Of a stretch of 64,000 nt of DNA, positions 60,170 to 64,000 are shown in pieces. The notes beneath the pieces are model-generated. The model searched no databases. It worked only from the letters and a program-made list of their open reading frames with translations, and was not told the DNA's origin. The DNA is taken from positions 4,264-68,263 of the forward strand of contig JBBQJW010000016.1 in NCBI GenBank assembly GCA_038326325.1, given 5' to 3'. Position 1 is the stretch's first letter. The number at the start of each line of letters is the position of its first letter. Source of the stretch: Chitinophagales bacterium. GTDB taxonomy: Bacteria; Bacteroidota; Bacteroidia; Chitinophagales; UBA10324. A program made the translations under genes and the position numbers.

Positions 60170-61177
60170 ATGACATTTGATCAGCTAAAAGAATTACTGC
60201 AAACACCAAAGTATATTGTCATCACTACACATCACAAGCCCGATGGCGATGCGCTCGGTTCTTCGCTCGCACTTTATCATTTTTTAACCAAGCTTAATCA
60301 TACACCCGTTGTTGTTTCACCAACCGATTATCCCAGCTTCATTCATTTTCTCCCTGGGAATGATTCAGTGGTTAATTTCGAACAACAACCTGAAGCTTCA
60401 AAAGAGTGGGTGGCAAATGCTCAGTTAATTTTCTGTCTCGACTTTAATAAATTATATCGCATTAATGATCTCGGGGTGATTATCGGGAATTCATCAGCGC
60501 CAAAAATTTTAATTGATCATCACCTTGAACCCGATGCATTTGCTGATTATGAATTGTGGGATGTGGAAAAATCATCGACATGCGAACTCATCTATGATTT
60601 TATTGAAATGATGGGAATGACTGATCTGATTGATTCAAACATTGCTACTTGCTTGTATGCAGGTTTACTTACTGATACAGATCGCTTCCGCATTCCGCGT
60701 ACTACTCCGCGTGTGCATCAGATTACAGCTGCGCTATTGGAGAAGGGCGTTGATCACACCCGTGTATACAATGAGATTTACGAAACCTTCAGCGAAAATC
60801 GCTTGCGCTTTTTCGGTTACTGCATGACTAAGTGCATGACGGTAATACCTGAAGCACATACTGCTATTCTTGCTATTGAAGGAGATGAGATTCGTCGTTA
60901 TCATATTTCAACAGGCGATACAGAAGGGTTGGTTAATTATCCTATGATGATTAAAGATGTGTGGATGACCGCAATTATTATTCAACGACCCGATCAGGTC
61001 AAACTTTCGTTTCGAAGCAAGGGTGATATTGATGTGAACTGGTTGTGTAAAGAATACTTTGAAGGAGGCGGTCATAAGAATGCGGCAGGGGGGAAGAGTG
61101 AACTTTCCGTAGCCAAAACCAAAGAGAAATTACTTTCTATATTAGCCGCCCAAAAATTTAATTTAAACCTCGTATGA
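60170..61177 (+). CDS. nrnA: DHH-family phosphoesterase (NrnA-like oligoribonuclease / pAp phosphatase).
   Basis: DHH motifs are HHKPDGDALGS, DFN, IDHH and DTDRF. The DHHA1 motif is GGGHKNAAGG. Confidence 0.8.
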   Translation: MTFDQLKELLQTPKYIVITTHHKPDGDALGSSLALYHFLTKLNHTPVVVSPTDYPSFIHFLPGNDSVVNFEQQPEASKEWVANAQLIFCLDFNKLYRINDLGVIIGNSSAPKILIDHHLEPDAFADYELWDVEKSSTCELIYDFIEMMGMTDLIDSNIATCLYAGLLTDTDRFRIPRTTPRVHQITAALLEKGVDHTRVYNEIYETFSENRLRFFGYCMTKCMTVIPEAHTAILAIEGDEIRRYHISTGDTEGLVNYPMMIKDVWMTAIIIQRPDQVKLSFRSKGDIDVNWLCKEYFEGGGHKNAAGGKSELSVAKTKEKLLSILAAQKFNLNLV

Positions 61178-62091
61178 AACTTTCATCGCTGCTAAAACCC
61201 GCAATGTATTCTTCGGCATTCATTGCAATGATTTCTTTTTCTTCCTGTAACAGTGGCTCGGCTACTTCAGGATATTCAACTTCAGCAAACGGTCTTGATT
61301 ACAAAATCATTACCGATAACAAACAAACAAAAGCAAAAATTGGCGACTATGTGCAGTATTATTCTGCTCTTAGAACAACAAACGATTCGCTTGTTTTCGC
61401 AATGAACAAAACTGCAAGTCCTGAAATCGGAATGGTGTCTGCTGCGAAAGATAAAGGAGATCCGATTGAAATATTGACAATGGTTGGAAAAGGCGATAGT
61501 GTTTCGTGCCTCATTCCTGCTGAAACTTTTTTTAAAGGAGTTGAAATTCCTGCTCCCTTAAAAAAAGGAGATAAAGTAAAGCTCGAATTAAAAATTGTGG
61601 ATGTATTTGCTAAGGCAGACTACGATGCTAAAATGACTGAAATGGAAATGCAGAAAAATGCTGCCGCAGAAGCTGAGGTTTTGAATTATATAAAGGAACA
61701 CAATCTTAATGCACAGCGACTTCCGAGCGGTATGTACCTTGTAGTTGATAATCCCGGAACCGGAGCAACCCCCGAGAACGGTAAAAAAGTAAAAGTGAAT
61801 TATCGCGGAACATTATTTAACGGAACCGAATTCGACTCATCAATGAAACCTGGTCGCACACCATTTGAATTCGTGTTAGGGCAAGGTCAGGTTATTAAAG
61901 GTTGGGATCAGGGAATACCGATGTTTAAAGTTGGTGGAAAAGGAAAATTACTTATTCCACCTGCTATGGGTTATGGCGAACAAGGTCAGGGAAATATTCC
62001 TGCTAACAGTTGGCTGGTATTTGATATTGAGGTATTGGGAGTTTCTGATGCCGCACCAAAAGGCAATCCGCAGCCAATTCAAATTAAATAA
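61174..62091 (+). CDS. FKBP-type peptidyl-prolyl isomerase, a lipoprotein with an N-terminal degenerate FKBP-like domain.
   Basis: The lipobox-like segment is ISFSSC. The C-terminal FKBP domain reads VKVNYRGTLFNGTEFDSS...GQVIKGWDQGI...LLIPPAMGYG...LVFDIEVLGV. Confidence 0.85.
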   Translation: MKLSSLLKPAMYSSAFIAMISFSSCNSGSATSGYSTSANGLDYKIITDNKQTKAKIGDYVQYYSALRTTNDSLVFAMNKTASPEIGMVSAAKDKGDPIEILTMVGKGDSVSCLIPAETFFKGVEIPAPLKKGDKVKLELKIVDVFAKADYDAKMTEMEMQKNAAAEAEVLNYIKEHNLNAQRLPSGMYLVVDNPGTGATPENGKKVKVNYRGTLFNGTEFDSSMKPGRTPFEFVLGQGQVIKGWDQGIPMFKVGGKGKLLIPPAMGYGEQGQGNIPANSWLVFDIEVLGVSDAAPKGNPQPIQIK

Positions 62092-62112
62092 TCAGTCGGT
62101 TAAAAAAACAAG

Positions 62113-62997
62113 ATGAATAAGAAGAAAGCGATTCTAATTTTTACAGGAGTATTAGTATTTGTTGTTTTAATCATTGCATTAATAACTGCTTTAGGCTCGC
62201 GAGGTGGAGGATTTAAAAAACTTCCTTCAGGAATGGAATACAAGCTTGTTATTAATAAAGCAAAGGACAAGGCGAAGGAAGGAGAACTAATGGTCGCATA
62301 CATCACATACAAAACCGAAAAAGATTCGGTTGTGTTTTCAACTTACAGCACTCCGAAAAGATCAACTGTATTTCCGGTTGCAAAACCCCAGAATGTGGGT
62401 GATATGAACGAAGCGTTTCAGATGCTTGGGGCAAAAGACTCAGGTATTTTCCGCCTTCCTTCCGATAGCATTTTTAAAGGGACAGCTAAGCGCCCGGGCT
62501 TTGCCGGAAAGGGAACTTTTATTGTTGTTGGAATTAAAGTAGATACTGTAATGAGTTCCGACGATTATACTAAAATGCAAATGCAGCTTGCCGGTAAGCA
62601 AAAGGGAATTGATGATGAGTTGATAAAAAAATACATTGCCGATAATAACCTTGACGCAAAAAGAACTGACGATGGGTTGTATTATGTAATTGAAAAGAAC
62701 GGAAACGGCAGCAATGCAAAAGCCGGAAATCAGGTTTCTGTTTTATATACTGGCATGTTGCTCAACGGAACTGTTTTCGATTCGTCTGAAAAAAACGGTG
62801 GCCAGCCTTTCAAGGTAAAAATCGGGACTCACTCAGTGATACAAGGCTGGGACGAAGGGCTAACCCTTTTCAACAGTGGGGCAAAAGGAAAATTAATTAT
62901 CCCTTCTTCACTTGCCTATGGCGAAAAAGAATTTCCCGGCCGCATACCTGCAAATTCTATTTTAATTTTTGATATCAATGTTACTGACATCAAATAA
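62113..62997 (+). CDS. FKBP-type peptidyl-prolyl isomerase (membrane-anchored, two-domain).
   Basis: The TM segment is AILIFTGVLVFVVLIIALITAL. The FKBP domain reads VSVLYTGMLLNGTVFDSS...VIQGWDEGL...LIIPSSLAYG...LIFDINVTDI. Confidence 0.85.
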   Translation: MNKKKAILIFTGVLVFVVLIIALITALGSRGGGFKKLPSGMEYKLVINKAKDKAKEGELMVAYITYKTEKDSVVFSTYSTPKRSTVFPVAKPQNVGDMNEAFQMLGAKDSGIFRLPSDSIFKGTAKRPGFAGKGTFIVVGIKVDTVMSSDDYTKMQMQLAGKQKGIDDELIKKYIADNNLDAKRTDDGLYYVIEKNGNGSNAKAGNQVSVLYTGMLLNGTVFDSSEKNGGQPFKVKIGTHSVIQGWDEGLTLFNSGAKGKLIIPSSLAYGEKEFPGRIPANSILIFDINVTDIK

Positions 62998-63084
62998 AAA
63001 GTTCGGCTCAATTTTTTCTTACTGAATAAAAAATTAATTCAACTGTTACACATTAAAACACACACCATAAAAACGATTCATACA

Positions 63085-63939
63085 ATGAGTAAAAAACTAT
63101 TTTTTCTGTTTACGGCCTTGTTACCTGTTCTTGCTCAGGCACAGAACTACAAAGACTATAAAACACTGCCGAGCGGTTTACGATACAAGGTAATTGAAGA
63201 TAAGAAATCGGCTAAATCTCAAATCGGTAGCATGGTTAAAATTTACCTCACCTACTCAACCGAAAAAGACTCTGTTGTTTTCTCTTCTAAAATGATTGGC
63301 GAACCTGCCGAGTTGCCAATAACTGCCCCTACTTACAAAGGCGACCCGATGGAAGGTTTCGCTATGATGGGCACTGGAGACAGCATGCTTTTTCTTGTTT
63401 CTGCTGATAGCATGTTTAAAGGCGGAGCAGGCAGGCCTTCTTATGCAGCGCCCGGTTCTTTTTTGAAACTTGCAGTGCGCATGATGAGTTCTATGACAAT
63501 GGACGATTACAATAAAGCAAAGCAACAGGAAGCTGCAGGTCAGGTTGCCAAAGACGACCAGATCATTCAGCAATATATTAAAGACAAAGGATTAACTGCC
63601 GAGAAAACTGCTTCGGGTTTATACCGCGTGGTTGAAAAGCAGGGTGATGGTGCTAAGGTGGAAGCTGGAAAAAAAGTAACTGTTAACTATACCGGTAAAC
63701 TGGTAGATGGAACCATGTTCGATTCATCACTTAATCCCGGTCGCGAACCCTTTCAGTTTAGCATTGGTCAGCACCAGGTGATTGCCGGATGGGACGAAGG
63801 CATTGCGTTATTTAATGTAGGTGGAAAAGGAACCCTGTTAATTCCATCGGCACTTGGTTATGGGGCTCGCGGCGCAGGCGGAACCATTGGGCCTAATGCA
63901 GTTTTGATTTTTGATATCGAAGTATTGAAGGTTGAGTAA
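63085..63939 (+). CDS. FKBP-type peptidyl-prolyl isomerase (secreted, two-domain).
   Basis: The signal peptide is MSKKLFFLFTALLPVLAQA. The FKBP domain reads VTVNYTGKLVDGTMFDSS...VIAGWDEGI...LLIPSALGYG...LIFDIEVLKV. Confidence 0.85.
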   Translation: MSKKLFFLFTALLPVLAQAQNYKDYKTLPSGLRYKVIEDKKSAKSQIGSMVKIYLTYSTEKDSVVFSSKMIGEPAELPITAPTYKGDPMEGFAMMGTGDSMLFLVSADSMFKGGAGRPSYAAPGSFLKLAVRMMSSMTMDDYNKAKQQEAAGQVAKDDQIIQQYIKDKGLTAEKTASGLYRVVEKQGDGAKVEAGKKVTVNYTGKLVDGTMFDSSLNPGREPFQFSIGQHQVIAGWDEGIALFNVGGKGTLLIPSALGYGARGAGGTIGPNAVLIFDIEVLKVE

Positions 63940-63963
63940 CTGCTAACCAAATAAATTTAATGA

Positions 63964-64000
63964 AAGTCCTCTTCGATTTTTCGGAGAGGACTTTTTTTTA
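63964..64000 (+). terminator. Rho-independent terminator.
   Basis: AGTCCTCTTCG-ATTTTT-CGGAGAGGACT forms 11 bp with one G-U pair, followed by TTTTTTTT at the window edge. Confidence 0.7.

Overview
AT-rich chromosomal segment (about 37-40% GC by eye, not computed) that looks like a Bacteroidota genome. The evidence is leaderless-looking starts without Shine-Dalgarno motifs, a TAnnTTTG-type promoter candidate, and 12 proteins ending in type-A T9SS (Por) C-terminal sorting domains. Housekeeping blocks are ftsE; two GT-B glycosyltransferases plus a recQ-family helicase; a slyD-like FKBP; pabB, purA, an HhH-GPD glycosylase, fur and relA/spoT (all on the minus strand); tRNA-Leu(UAG)-tig-clpP-clpX; katG; an rlmI-like methyltransferase; ndk; and a DHH/NrnA-like phosphoesterase followed by three tandem FKBP isomerases. 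Large secreted repeat proteins are interleaved with these: SBBP-like and 7-blade propellers, HYR/PKD/Ig proteins, a parallel beta-helix protein, an L-type lectin, LPX-type LRRs, two sugar-dehydrogenase-like propellers and a kelch-like protein. I saw no rRNA, CRISPR array, transposase, integrase or phage genes. The most unusual signal is not a gene. The quasi-palindromic word TGTWACA (extended form CTGTWACAG, 8-mer TGTAACAG/CTGTTACA) occurs about 117 times by my manual scan, far above a base-composition expectation. It appears in all three reading frames, on both strands and in intergenic DNA, like a HIP1-like or uptake-sequence-like selected genomic word. Other points worth a second look are listed here.
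- A single in-frame TAG splits a large glycoside-hydrolase-like cargo gene.
- A G11 tract lies inside a beta-helix cargo gene.
- A HisKA_3 kinase has Asn in place of the phospho-accepting His.
- An 897-aa protein is a tandem fusion of two D-Ala-D-Ala-ligase-like modules.
- An LPX-type LRR protein carries a T9SS tail.
- A ~93-bp degenerate duplication of a gene 3' end brackets a 1.9-kb segment carrying a propeller gene.
- A 3 x 21-bp phased repeat sits in a divergent promoter region.
All coordinates and counts come from manual reading and may be off by a nucleotide or two.
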